Made by a program: the position numbers and the translations under genes. Positions 18,067-27,254 of a stretch of 63,818 nt of DNA are shown piece after piece. The stretch covers positions 1 through 63,818 of the forward strand of contig CAZOLO010000004.1 in the NCBI GenBank assembly GCA_964581035.1. The letters run 5' to 3'. Origin of the DNA: an uncultured Candidatus Saccharibacteria bacterium (GTDB taxonomy: Bacteria; Patescibacteriota; Minisyncoccia; Phycocordibacterales; CSBR16-119). The notes under the pieces are model-generated. The model was not told the origin of the DNA and ran no database searches. It worked only from the letters and a program-made list of their open reading frames with translations. How positions within the stretch are numbered: position 1 is the stretch's first letter; each line of letters starts with the position of its first letter.

Positions 18067-19698
18067 ATGAAAAATAATATTTTTTTTAATTTTAAATTAG
18101 ATAACTCCAGTCTTTTAAAAGTCATAATGGCTGTCTTTTCTCTATCTGTAGCCTTTTTATACTTTGGGCCAACAATTAGAGCTGATTTGGATATAATAGA
18201 TGATCACTTTTTGTATATAGAGAACGATATATCTCAGAACAATGGAACAGTGTGGAGTAACTTTAAAAAATCAGAAGAAATTGTTAATTTTGGAAACTCG
18301 GATAGATTTAGGATTATATATAAATTGATAAATGATATAGAGTTGAAAGTTTTTAATTTGGATGTTTCATATTTTTATCTAACTAATATTATTGTTTTTG
18401 CGATATTTCTTTTTGGTGTTTTCTATATAACTCAAGCTAATCTTGACTATAGATGGGCTATATTATTCACTTTATTTGTCTCTAGTCAAAAGTATCTTGT
18501 TCATATTTTTACAAGATTAGGCACAGCTGAAGTTTGGACTATATTGGGCACCTCTGTATACTTTTTAGGGGTTAGCTCTATCTATAGAAAATCCCTCAAG
18601 GAAGATGCTCAATCTTCGACATGGAAGGAGGTTTTGGCAATGCTTATTGGTGCGATTATTACCATTGGCTCAAAAGAGAATTTCGCAATAATGGGTATTT
18701 TTGTTGTAAGCTTGTATATTTTTTTGAAAATTAGAAAAAAAGTTACACCATTTTTTACCGCCTCTTCAATAATGATTTTATTATTTAATCTTTATCAGGT
18801 TTTACATATTTACTTAACACATTCATCTAAAGGTGTAGACGTCTATGCAAATGATGTGAGTCTTCTTCATAGGTTTTTGACTCTACTTAGCGGAGCTTTC
18901 AGTGGTGAGGCAAGAATGTATACATTATTTTTTATTACATTTTTTATATCTATCGTGATAGGTTATATTTTTACTGCAAAAAAAAGATTAGAAAAAATAA
19001 AAGATATAGTTTATCAAAATAGATGGGTTAATTATCTCTTCATTGGCGCCATTCTTTTTGTCGTTTATATTTTTAATTTGTATGTTTACAACGGCTTACT
19101 TTATCCTGTACATAGATATGCCTTTCCTTCAATACTTGTATTACAGATAATTTCTTTAATTTGGTTGATATGGCTTATTGATTTTTCAATAATTCTAAAT
19201 TTTTTCAAAAAAGAGAAGTTCTTAATTAGATTTCAGCTGTTCATTTTTGGCGCACTAATGGTAGCACTTTTTCTTAATGGTATTTATGCTAGGGAGGCAT
19301 CTTTTGTGACTGTGGCTAGAACGAATTATTTCAACAATAATTTAGAGAGAATCATGAATACGGTCAAACAGGAGCCAGAATCAGTAATTATCTTGTCCGT
19401 GTATAATGTATCTGACGCAGAACCAGTAGTATCTACGGCTGAATATTTGAGATTTTATGGAGTAAAAAATCCTATTATGGTAAAAGGTTTTTATAAAATT
19501 TCTAGCAATTTTTCTCCAATTGAAATCGCAATAGAAAGAGTGGTTTCTTCGTGGGAAAGTTTTGGTGCAAAATACATATCAGCATATAATCTTCAAGATG
19601 ATAATAAATGCTTTAATATAAATTTTAGTGGAACGGAAGATTATATACATTGTGAAAATCTTGGTCGAATTTGGCAGCAAGGTGAATTTAAATATTAA
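18067..19698 (+). CDS. Polytopic membrane protein (543 aa, ~11 TM helices plus C-terminal soluble domain), possible GT-C type enzyme
   Basis: Hydrophobicity pattern; acidic first-loop motif ADLDIIDDHF; glycan-operon context. No named family recognised. Confidence 0.6.
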   Translation: MKNNIFFNFKLDNSSLLKVIMAVFSLSVAFLYFGPTIRADLDIIDDHFLYIENDISQNNGTVWSNFKKSEEIVNFGNSDRFRIIYKLINDIELKVFNLDVSYFYLTNIIVFAIFLFGVFYITQANLDYRWAILFTLFVSSQKYLVHIFTRLGTAEVWTILGTSVYFLGVSSIYRKSLKEDAQSSTWKEVLAMLIGAIITIGSKENFAIMGIFVVSLYIFLKIRKKVTPFFTASSIMILLFNLYQVLHIYLTHSSKGVDVYANDVSLLHRFLTLLSGAFSGEARMYTLFFITFFISIVIGYIFTAKKRLEKIKDIVYQNRWVNYLFIGAILFVVYIFNLYVYNGLLYPVHRYAFPSILVLQIISLIWLIWLIDFSIILNFFKKEKFLIRFQLFIFGALMVALFLNGIYAREASFVTVARTNYFNNNLERIMNTVKQEPESVIILSVYNVSDAEPVVSTAEYLRFYGVKNPIMVKGFYKISSNFSPIEIAIERVVSSWESFGAKYISAYNLQDDNKCFNINFSGTEDYIHCENLGRIWQQGEFKY

Positions 19699-19700
19699 AT

Positions 19701-20426
19701 ATGGATATAAGGTTACACAAAAAATATCAAGAACTTCAAGAGTCACATTGGTGGTTTATGGTTAGAGATAATCTATTAATGGATCTAGTCTTTAAGAATA
19801 TAAAGAAAGGATCATTAGTGATGGATTTTGGGTGTAATTACGGACATGCTGTAAAACTCTTGGGCGACAAAGGGTATGAATCTTTTGGAGTTGATGTTTC
19901 AAGAGAAGCTGTAAATTATGGTAGATCAATTAATATAAATGACATATCTCTGATATCAGAAAAGGATATTCAAAATAATTCTCTAGACGCAGTAATATCT
20001 ATGGATGTTTTGGAGCATATAGATAATGACAAGGAAACACTTGAATATATTTGGTCAAAATTAAAGCCTGGAGGATTAATGATTGTTACGGTTCCAGCTT
20101 TTATGTTTCTGTGGGGTGTTCAGGATGAGATTTCTCATCATTTTAGGAGGTATAAGCTTTCAGAGCTTTTATATTTAGCTGGGGAAGTAGGAGATTTTGA
20201 GATTGTTAAAAAGACATATTTTAATTCGTTTCTTTTTATGCCCGTTGCTATTATTAGAGTTTTATCTAAGTTGTTTAAATTAAAAAGTAGGAATTCAGAT
20301 CTTGACATTAATAGTGTTTTTCTTAATAAGATATTTTTCAAAATCTTTGATTTAGAGAGAAGGTTACTAAAATATATTAATTTTCCTTTTGGGGTCTCTG
20401 CCTTACTGGTTTTAAGAAAAAGGTAA
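19701..20426 (+). CDS. Class I SAM-dependent methyltransferase (Methyltransf_11/23-like)
   Basis: VMDFGCNYGH (motif I), AVISMDVLEHIDND, LKPGGLMIVTVP. Confidence 0.8.
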   Translation: MDIRLHKKYQELQESHWWFMVRDNLLMDLVFKNIKKGSLVMDFGCNYGHAVKLLGDKGYESFGVDVSREAVNYGRSININDISLISEKDIQNNSLDAVISMDVLEHIDNDKETLEYIWSKLKPGGLMIVTVPAFMFLWGVQDEISHHFRRYKLSELLYLAGEVGDFEIVKKTYFNSFLFMPVAIIRVLSKLFKLKSRNSDLDINSVFLNKIFFKIFDLERRLLKYINFPFGVSALLVLRKR

Positions 20427-21293
20427 AAATCTTCGAGGTTTTATACTAAGATCTTTTTCTAGGTTAGGGCTCATTAAATCTTTTTTGCAAACAAACCTTT
20501 GTAATTGGTCGGGGGTACCTATGTTAAAAAATCTACTTAGAAAAATAAGTGGTATTTTAATAAATAGAAATGGGATTGGTAGAAGAAGCCTACTTTTATT
20601 TTCATTTTTGCACATACGAACGAGGACCTCTTTCAATTTCAAGTTTTCTGGTCCACAGACTGTGTAGGTTTTATTATATGTTTTAGGATTTTCTATTGTA
20701 TTAACTATTATTCTTAACACATCTTCTTTGTGTATAGGGGCCAGATTATTATTTAATTTGGCTGGGTAGGGGATTATAAAGCTTCTTTTAATCAGTTTCT
20801 GCAAACTATTCAATCCTTCCTTTCCTATAAAGTTTTCTTCATAAACTTCTCCAACTCTTAGTATTGTGTGGTTTATTCCATATTTTTTGATTGCCTCTTC
20901 AGCTATTTTCTTAGATTCACCATATGACCCACAGCAAGAACCAATAGCTCTTGTACTTATAAATATAAAGTGATATACCCCAGCACTTTTCCCAAAATTT
21001 ATAAGCCTTTGTGTTCCAATATTATTAATTCTTGTATAATTTTGTGGGTCTTTTGAGTGGGTTATTGCAGCAAGGTGTAAAATTATATCGATTTTAGGGA
21101 TTTCTTTTTCCCAAATTTCAGGCTCTTCAATAGATCCATTTACTATGTTGATGCCTCTCGTGTCTATATCTATACTATTTTTATGGATCAGTAAAAAAAT
21201 TTCATAGGTCTCTCTGATCATGTTAGTCAGATCTCTTCCTAGGAAGCTCGAGGCTCCAGTTATTAGTATCTTTTTTTTAGTTAATTCTGTCAT
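20412..21293 (-). CDS. NAD-dependent epimerase/dehydratase family SDR
   Basis: ILITGASSFLGRDL Rossmann motif; YGESKKIAE (YxxxK). ATGA coupling with the upstream GT2 gene. Confidence 0.8.
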   Translation of the reverse strand: MTELTKKKILITGASSFLGRDLTNMIRETYEIFLLIHKNSIDIDTRGINIVNGSIEEPEIWEKEIPKIDIILHLAAITHSKDPQNYTRINNIGTQRLINFGKSAGVYHFIFISTRAIGSCCGSYGESKKIAEEAIKKYGINHTILRVGEVYEENFIGKEGLNSLQKLIKRSFIIPYPAKLNNNLAPIHKEDVLRIIVNTIENPKTYNKTYTVCGPENLKLKEVLVRMCKNENKSRLLLPIPFLFIKIPLIFLSRFFNIGTPDQLQRFVCKKDLMSPNLEKDLSIKPRRFLPFS

Positions 21294-22015
21294 TTTTTAA
21301 ACTCCTTTAATCTTGATATTATTATGTTTTTGATAAATTCAAGATTGGTCTTAAATGTTATAGAAGAAGAGTAATCTTTATTTTTATAGAAACAAGTTTC
21401 TACTTCACCTATTTTGAATTTGTACCTCCTGGCTTTGATCATTATTTCACTATCAATAAACCAATCATCAGATTCTAAATGAAGTTTTTCGAATGCCTCT
21501 TTTGTAAATATCTTTGGTTTGCCATTGATGTCCCCTGCCACTATTCCAGGAAAAATTAGATTCATAATTGCGTTAAATATTCTTGATATAATCTTTCTAT
21601 AAAATCCATCTTCTCTAGATACTCTTTTTGTTTTACATAAGTCTAATTTTTCATTAATTAATTTTAGATAAACAAGAGGTATATCTTTTGCGGGCATCTG
21701 ACCGTCTCCATCAATTACACATATAGTTTTACCTTTAGCTAATCTAAGACCTGATCTCATGTCCCAACCCATGGCTTGTTTACTGTCTGTTTTTTCTTCT
21801 ATAATAGATAAAGTGTTAGGATTATTTTCTGATATTTTTTTAACTACTATTGGAGTGATATCGCCACTTTCTGGTCTGTAATTCCCAACAATTATTATCT
21901 CGTAACTTAGATTTTTTTCTTCCAGAGCATTTACAACCTTTTTGTGGAAGGAAAATAAAGAATCACCAGCTTTGTAGCCTAAGATTACAACTGAGATGTC
22001 TTTTTGTTTTTCCAT
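21290..22015 (-). CDS. GT2 glycosyltransferase, soluble polyprenyl-phosphate sugar synthase-like (ArnC/DPM1-like)
   Basis: ISVVILGYKAGDSL, IIIVGNY and VIDGDGQMPAKDI motifs. Start set to the ATG at 22015 (MEKQKDISVV). Confidence 0.75.
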   Translation of the reverse strand: MEKQKDISVVILGYKAGDSLFSFHKKVVNALEEKNLSYEIIIVGNYRPESGDITPIVVKKISENNPNTLSIIEEKTDSKQAMGWDMRSGLRLAKGKTICVIDGDGQMPAKDIPLVYLKLINEKLDLCKTKRVSREDGFYRKIISRIFNAIMNLIFPGIVAGDINGKPKIFTKEAFEKLHLESDDWFIDSEIMIKARRYKFKIGEVETCFYKNKDYSSSITFKTNLEFIKNIIISRLKEFKK

Positions 22016-22069
22016 GAAGATTGATATGTGTCCAACTTGTCTAGGCATTATACTACAATACCAAACTCT

Positions 22070-22102
22070 ATCAATTACTTTGATAAATATACGTGGTATA
22101 AT
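22070..22102 (+). promoter_or_regulatory. Candidate promoter with extended -10 (TGgTATAAT) ending 6 nt before the ATG at 22109, implying a leaderless mRNA
   Basis: TTACTT, 16-nt spacer, TATAAT, gccgac, ATG, all read from the sequence. Confidence 0.3.
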
Positions 22103-22108
22103 GCCGAC

Positions 22109-22456
22109 ATGAAAATACTTTTATTGATAATTGCTTATCTTATTTTCAACACTGCTGGTCTATCTCTTTTGAAGATGAGCACTCTTAACCTAAAGCTGGC
22201 TTCATATTCAGATTATTTAGAACTATTTACTAAACCAGAATTTATATTAGGTTTTCTATTGTATGCAGCAAGTTTTCTTGCTTGGGTTGTCATGCTTAGC
22301 AAAAAAGACATTTCATACATATATCCTATTGTAATTGGTTTGAGTTATATCGTCATTATGATTACAGCAATTATTCTCTTTAGAGATAGCTTTACCTTGA
22401 ACAAGGCTTTAGGTTCGACTCTTATTGGATTAGGTGTTATTTTTATATCTTTATAA
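22109..22456 (+). CDS. Small 4-TM membrane protein (115 aa), SMR/EamA-like, ArnE/ArnF-type candidate flippase
   Basis: Four hydrophobic helices. C-terminal ...FRDSFTLNKALGSTLIGLGVIFISL resembles SMR/DMT small transporters. Lies between a polyprenyl-P GT and a GT-C gene. Confidence 0.55.
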   Translation: MKILLLIIAYLIFNTAGLSLLKMSTLNLKLASYSDYLELFTKPEFILGFLLYAASFLAWVVMLSKKDISYIYPIVIGLSYIVIMITAIILFRDSFTLNKALGSTLIGLGVIFISL

Positions 22457-22457
22457 C

Positions 22458-23027
22458 ATGATAGGAAAAAATGTAAGAAAATCTTTATATATATTTTTAG
22501 GGGTAATTTTTGCTTTGACTATTTGGTCTTATGCGAATGGTTTTTTAAAATACTCTTTTTGGATTTCGTCTATGGATAAGGCAAAAATATGTTTAGCTTT
22601 TTTGGATAAAGATATGGTTGATTACTGTGACAGTGGCTTTTCAAAGATTATTAGAAAAATGCCAAATTCCATTAATGCTGAGTTCTTTTTGAATGACTTA
22701 GACTTTGCTATAGGTAGTGTAGATGATCTCTTTTTCTCAAAAGAAAAAGGACTTTTTGTGCAGGGTTGGGCAGCAAACCCATTTGGTAAAAAACCATTTG
22801 ATTATATTCTTGTCAGGACCATAGACAAAGAAGGGGTGGTGATATTTTCAATAAGCCCTTCTGATTATTCGCGTAAAGATGTCTCTGATTATTTAAATAA
22901 CAAAGACTATGATTTATATGGATGGTCTGTTTCTTTGAATATTGACTCTGAAAGAATGGAAGATTTTGATATAGAGATTTGGGGAATAGATACTTCTAAA
23001 TTTTCAGCCAACAGGCTGAGAATTTAG
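22458..23027 (+). CDS. Membrane-anchored hypothetical protein (189 aa, N-terminal TM helix)
   Basis: ORF with ATG at 22458, 1 nt after the upstream stop. TM helix SLYIFLGVIFALTIWSY. Confidence 0.55.
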   Translation: MIGKNVRKSLYIFLGVIFALTIWSYANGFLKYSFWISSMDKAKICLAFLDKDMVDYCDSGFSKIIRKMPNSINAEFFLNDLDFAIGSVDDLFFSKEKGLFVQGWAANPFGKKPFDYILVRTIDKEGVVIFSISPSDYSRKDVSDYLNNKDYDLYGWSVSLNIDSERMEDFDIEIWGIDTSKFSANRLRI

Positions 23028-23155
23028 ATTTTATATCTCTTGTGCCTTCCTGAATATCACAAGAGAAAGTCGCATTCAATTTTTATTGAAAGGTAAGTTG
23101 CTATTTAAAATAGAAATACTTTTGTAGTCACACCCTTAATTAGCCCTCAATAAAT

Positions 23156-24628
23156 TCAAAATTTATATACCCAGATATTTTCTCCTGATTCACTTTCTGA
23201 ATGATAAACTTCCCTTATCACTGGGTGATTAGAAATTAGCCCAAAAACATCTCCAAGCCGGCTTCCCGCAAGTTCATCTATTACTATGTATCCATGGTTC
23301 TCTCTTGTTATTTTAAATAAATCGTAGGATGTTTTAATAACTGGCGCGTTCGTGTAGAAATCATTATTTGATCCAGACGCCAAACTTGCCTCTGTAGGCT
23401 TGCCGGTAAGAGATATTGGCTGGAGCATCCCCGGGTCTCCAGTATAAATTTTTGTTAGATGTGCGTAAGGAGAAATAATCAAATCTCCTGTTTCTTTGTT
23501 TTCTAAAATATAGGAATAAGCCTTATTGAAGTCAGGTTGAGGTGATCCTTTTTTAAGAATAGAGTCTGATGTGTATTTTAATATTCCGCTGTAGAAAAAG
23601 AATCCTCCTATAAGGAAAAAAGCTAAGGGCCATAATACAAAAGAAATCTTTTCTTTTGTTATTTTGTTTAAAGCAAAAAAGGGTGTAAATGCTCCATAGG
23701 CTGATGTTATAACAAGAAACGGAAGAAGCGGTACAAGATACCGATAATGAAGAAGTGGCCCATAAGCAGTTATAATTATATAAGAGAAAAGAATAGAGCT
23801 AGAGAGAAGTGTTCCGGAGATCAGCTTCTTTTCTCTAAATAAAGCGACAGTGAAGCCAGTAATTGACAGAACTGACAGAATCATAAATTCATCAAAGAAG
23901 AATTTATTGTAATAGTCTAGAAAATTATAAATTACAAGATCTCTTAAATACGGCCAAGCAATAAAGTATCCTAATGCGAAAATTATAGGTATCAATAATA
24001 CATACTTCCAATTTATTTTCTTCATGTTTGTTAATAACCAGACACTAAGTGTGAACAAAAAACCAGGAAGGAAAACAAGAGCTAGTGCATGGGCAAAAAA
24101 AGCAAAAGCAAAAGTTATCGATGATATAAAGAACCTGTAAATTTTGTTAGTTTTTATAAAAATCAGAAACTGGTCAAAAGATAGAAGTAAAAAGAATTGC
24201 AAAATAGTATATCCTCTTGCTTGCCTTGACCATGCTATTTCCCAAGGTAAAAAAGCGATAGAGGCTGTCGCTGTTAGAGCAATCCAGTCATTATTAAATA
24301 GTCTTTTTGTGAATATAAAAGTTAACAGAATTGACAGGAGCCCAAAGAAGGCTGCAGGAACTCTGGTTGACCATGGGCTAAGCGGGTCAAATCCAAAAAG
24401 CTTCATTGACCCAGCTACGATATAAGATGTAAGAGGTTGATTCTTGTAGACATTTCCAGAATCTAATAGAGGATAACCATGATCTTGGATGGCCAGAGAA
24501 GCATTTATTGTATAACCTTCATCTATCCACAAAGACTGATATCCCAAGTTTTTGAAACGCAAAAAACCACCCAGTAGCAATATTACAATTAGAATTATTA
24601 AAATTTTCTTTTCAAGAGATTTGAACAT
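23156..24628 (-). CDS. GT-C fold glycosyltransferase (PMT_2/ArnT, GT39/GT83-like)
   Basis: 490 aa with ~11 TM helices. First-loop LWIDEGYTINASLAI (DE motif). C-terminal soluble domain. Confidence 0.85.
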   Translation of the reverse strand: MFKSLEKKILIILIVILLLGGFLRFKNLGYQSLWIDEGYTINASLAIQDHGYPLLDSGNVYKNQPLTSYIVAGSMKLFGFDPLSPWSTRVPAAFFGLLSILLTFIFTKRLFNNDWIALTATASIAFLPWEIAWSRQARGYTILQFFLLLSFDQFLIFIKTNKIYRFFISSITFAFAFFAHALALVFLPGFLFTLSVWLLTNMKKINWKYVLLIPIIFALGYFIAWPYLRDLVIYNFLDYYNKFFFDEFMILSVLSITGFTVALFREKKLISGTLLSSSILFSYIIITAYGPLLHYRYLVPLLPFLVITSAYGAFTPFFALNKITKEKISFVLWPLAFFLIGGFFFYSGILKYTSDSILKKGSPQPDFNKAYSYILENKETGDLIISPYAHLTKIYTGDPGMLQPISLTGKPTEASLASGSNNDFYTNAPVIKTSYDLFKITRENHGYIVIDELAGSRLGDVFGLISNHPVIREVYHSESESGENIWVYKF

Positions 24629-24657
24629 TTTTATTCGTCAGTTAATCTGATAAATAG

Positions 24658-24884
24658 TATACTATACATGTGAAAAAACTAATTTCTCTCCTAAAAAAAC
24701 TAAAACGACATCTGCCAAAACTTGCAGTAATTATTGCTATTGCTGGACTATCTACAGCAGGTGTAACCTATGCCCAATTTGCTAGACAAACAGGTTCTAT
24801 CGGTTGGGGGTATGGTTATGGTTATGGATATGGTCTTGGTTATGGTTGGGATTCTGGTTTGAGTGCGGGGTATAGGAATGTGGT
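24658..24884 (+). repeat. Copy 1 of a 227-bp perfect direct repeat (12 nt upstream plus the first 72 codons of surface paralog 1)
   Basis: Identical base for base to 27255-27481 on by-eye comparison (offset 2597 nt). Confidence 0.9.
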
Positions 24885-27216
24885 GGAGGGAGATAGTGGT
24901 TGGGAATATGTTGGACTTAATCAATTTTCTACAAATGTAACTGCGTATCATACAATAGATTTTAATACTGAAGATGTTCCGTATGTTGCATATCTCCAAG
25001 GTGCCGGGACCGAGATTGTGGTCCAGTATTTTAATAGCGGAAGTTTGGCGTGGGTTGATTTACCTGATATAGAATTCACCACAACAGCTGACGCAGTTGC
25101 TTTTGCGATATTTGAAGACACTCCCTATATTGCTTACTCAGACGATGGTAATGGTGGTGGGTCTATAGTTGTTATGTCTTATGACGGTTCAGATTGGAAT
25201 CTAGTTGGTCCCGCATATTTTGTGGCGGGCCAAGTTGATAACATATCGTTGGCATTTGATTCCACAGGGGTTCCGTACGTTGCTTATCAAGATGAGCTAT
25301 TCAGTGATAAAACATCTGTGCAGAAGTTTGTGAGTGGAGCTTGGTATTATGTAGGATCAACGTTTATCTCTGGGCAGGCAGAATATCAAAGAATTGCATT
25401 GGATTCTAACGATGTTCCATACGTTGCTTACATTGATTATGATAATGGTCAGGAGGTGACAGTGAAAAAGTATAATGGTTCTTCCTGGGAAACAGTTGGC
25501 CTCACTGGTTTTACAGATACTTCTGTTGCGTACTTGGATCTAGTTATTGGTTCAGATAATCAGCCTTATGTTCTATATAATAATTTTATTAATGGAAGTC
25601 GTGCTGCTGTGATGAAGTATGACGGTTCTTCTTGGGGTTATGTTGGAGGAAATGGTTTTTCGCAGGTTAGCAGTAGTTATCACTCGCTTGCAATAGACTC
25701 AGATGATAATTTGTATGCAGCGTATAGCGACAGCCAGGAAAGCAATAGGATAAGCGTGATGAAGTATGATGGCTCATCATGGGATTATGTAGATGAGGCT
25801 GGTATCTCAGAAGGAAGTGCAACTTGGCCGTCTGTAAATATAAATTCTTCTAATGTTCCATATGTCTCATACGCAGATGATGCAGACTTAGCAGGGAAGA
25901 CGAGTGTTAAGACATACCTCACCACAGAATCTTCAACCCCAGGTAATCAATATGCCTACGGCTATGGCTACGGTTACATGAATCCAAGCTATATATCCAG
26001 CTCACAAATATCATGGGACTCATCTTTTGAAGCATATCGGATAACTTCTTCAGCTGTTGGTCAGCCAATCGTAAACGCTGGTATTCTCATTCCAAATACT
26101 TCAAACTCTGCTAGTTCTACATCGGCAGAATTTATGTTCAAAGTTACTGCCGCTTCAGATGGATTGCATGGCTTCTTATTAAATCAAGGAACAACGCTTG
26201 TAACAGGAGGGTCATTCGATCTCGCAGATCTAAGCTTTACAGATATTTCAAGTGCCTCTATCTCTGGGCAAGACTTCCTTGGAGGATTTAACTTTGGACT
26301 TTCTGAAGACATGACTTCAAGTGAATCAATTAATCTATATATTTACGTCGGCTCACAATACGATGGAGAAACTTTGAACGTATACCATCAATCTCCAAGT
26401 GATTTAGACTGGAGCCTTCTTACAACATGTGAGGTTGGGAACTCTGTTGCTGTTCCAAGTGGATATTGCTACTTTTCAGCTACCTCTTTCTCTTCCTTCG
26501 CCGCAACCACTCCAACAACCACAGAAGAAACCGGAGGTGGAAGTAATTCAGGAAGTGGCGGAGGAGGATATCCAGATGGCTACTTTGATGATGTGTCTGA
26601 TCCAAACACAGACCCTGCGCCCGAAGAAGAAACATCATCTACTCAAGAACCACAAACCTGTCTTCCATACATAAATTCATATATTAAGTTAAACACAAAC
26701 AACAACTCAGAAGATGTAACTAAACTTGAAACATTCCTAAACACTTACGAAGGAGAAAGTCTTTCAGTAAATGGTATTTATGAAATACCAGACTACCAAG
26801 CAGTAATCAGATTCCAAGAAAAATACTTTGATGAAGTTCTGACACCATGGGGATTTCTTACCAAAGGAACAGGTTATGTTCATAAAACAACTAAAGCTCA
26901 AATCAACAAGCTTCACTGTGAAAGCCAAGGTTTGACTTGGGAAGAAGATGTTTTCATTAACACAGAGACAATCATAAAAGACGTAGTACCTAAGAAGCCA
27001 AAAGTAAATGTAAAAGAGGAACCTAAACAAGTTGAAGAAATTAAAGAGCCTATTGCGATTGATGATCTTCCACTTATACAAGTAATTGAGAAAGAGCCAG
27101 AACCAGTCATACAGAAACCAGCACCTCAAACAGTCCAACCAGAACCAGTTAATCAATGCAACAAAGGTCGATTCCTTTGTTGGCTATGTAATATATTTAC
27201 AAGTCTTTTTAAGTAG
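24670..27216 (+). CDS. Large secreted/cell-surface protein, paralog 1 (848 aa)
   Basis: Domain order: signal/anchor, Gly-Tyr block, about seven propeller-like repeats, conserved C-module, Thr/Gly linker, PG_binding_1-like domain. GTG start. Signal-like LAVIIAIAGLSTAGVTYAQF, then QFARQTGSIGWGYGYGYGYGLGYGWDSGLSAGYR. Repeats of ~48 aa (..D.N.VPYVAY.D...G...TV.KY.GSSW..VG). YGYGYGYM, GGGGYPDGYFDDV. C-terminal EDVTKLETFLNTYEGESLSVNGIYEIPDYQAVIRFQEKY. Confidence 0.85.
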   Translation: MKKLISLLKKLKRHLPKLAVIIAIAGLSTAGVTYAQFARQTGSIGWGYGYGYGYGLGYGWDSGLSAGYRNVVEGDSGWEYVGLNQFSTNVTAYHTIDFNTEDVPYVAYLQGAGTEIVVQYFNSGSLAWVDLPDIEFTTTADAVAFAIFEDTPYIAYSDDGNGGGSIVVMSYDGSDWNLVGPAYFVAGQVDNISLAFDSTGVPYVAYQDELFSDKTSVQKFVSGAWYYVGSTFISGQAEYQRIALDSNDVPYVAYIDYDNGQEVTVKKYNGSSWETVGLTGFTDTSVAYLDLVIGSDNQPYVLYNNFINGSRAAVMKYDGSSWGYVGGNGFSQVSSSYHSLAIDSDDNLYAAYSDSQESNRISVMKYDGSSWDYVDEAGISEGSATWPSVNINSSNVPYVSYADDADLAGKTSVKTYLTTESSTPGNQYAYGYGYGYMNPSYISSSQISWDSSFEAYRITSSAVGQPIVNAGILIPNTSNSASSTSAEFMFKVTAASDGLHGFLLNQGTTLVTGGSFDLADLSFTDISSASISGQDFLGGFNFGLSEDMTSSESINLYIYVGSQYDGETLNVYHQSPSDLDWSLLTTCEVGNSVAVPSGYCYFSATSFSSFAATTPTTTEETGGGSNSGSGGGGYPDGYFDDVSDPNTDPAPEEETSSTQEPQTCLPYINSYIKLNTNNNSEDVTKLETFLNTYEGESLSVNGIYEIPDYQAVIRFQEKYFDEVLTPWGFLTKGTGYVHKTTKAQINKLHCESQGLTWEEDVFINTETIIKDVVPKKPKVNVKEEPKQVEEIKEPIAIDDLPLIQVIEKEPEPVIQKPAPQTVQPEPVNQCNKGRFLCWLCNIFTSLFK

Positions 27217-27224
27217 GGGTGTTT

Positions 27225-27252
27225 AAAAACCAGATTAATATCTGGTTTTTTT
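27225..27252 (+). terminator. Terminator after paralog 1 (AAAAACCAGA-loop-TCTGGTTTTTTT)
   Basis: Hairpin plus T-run. A near-identical hairpin follows paralog 3. Confidence 0.7.
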
Positions 27253-27254
27253 GA

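Noticed and set aside
24810-24850. Short tandem repeats (ggttatggttatggatatggtcttggttatggt), also at 27407-27447 and 29730-29765, considered as a microsatellite or CRISPR-like repeat
   Set aside because: They are in-frame Gly-Tyr codon repeats inside long ORFs. They have no spacers and no regular 25-40-nt repeat unit. No CRISPR array is visible anywhere in the window.
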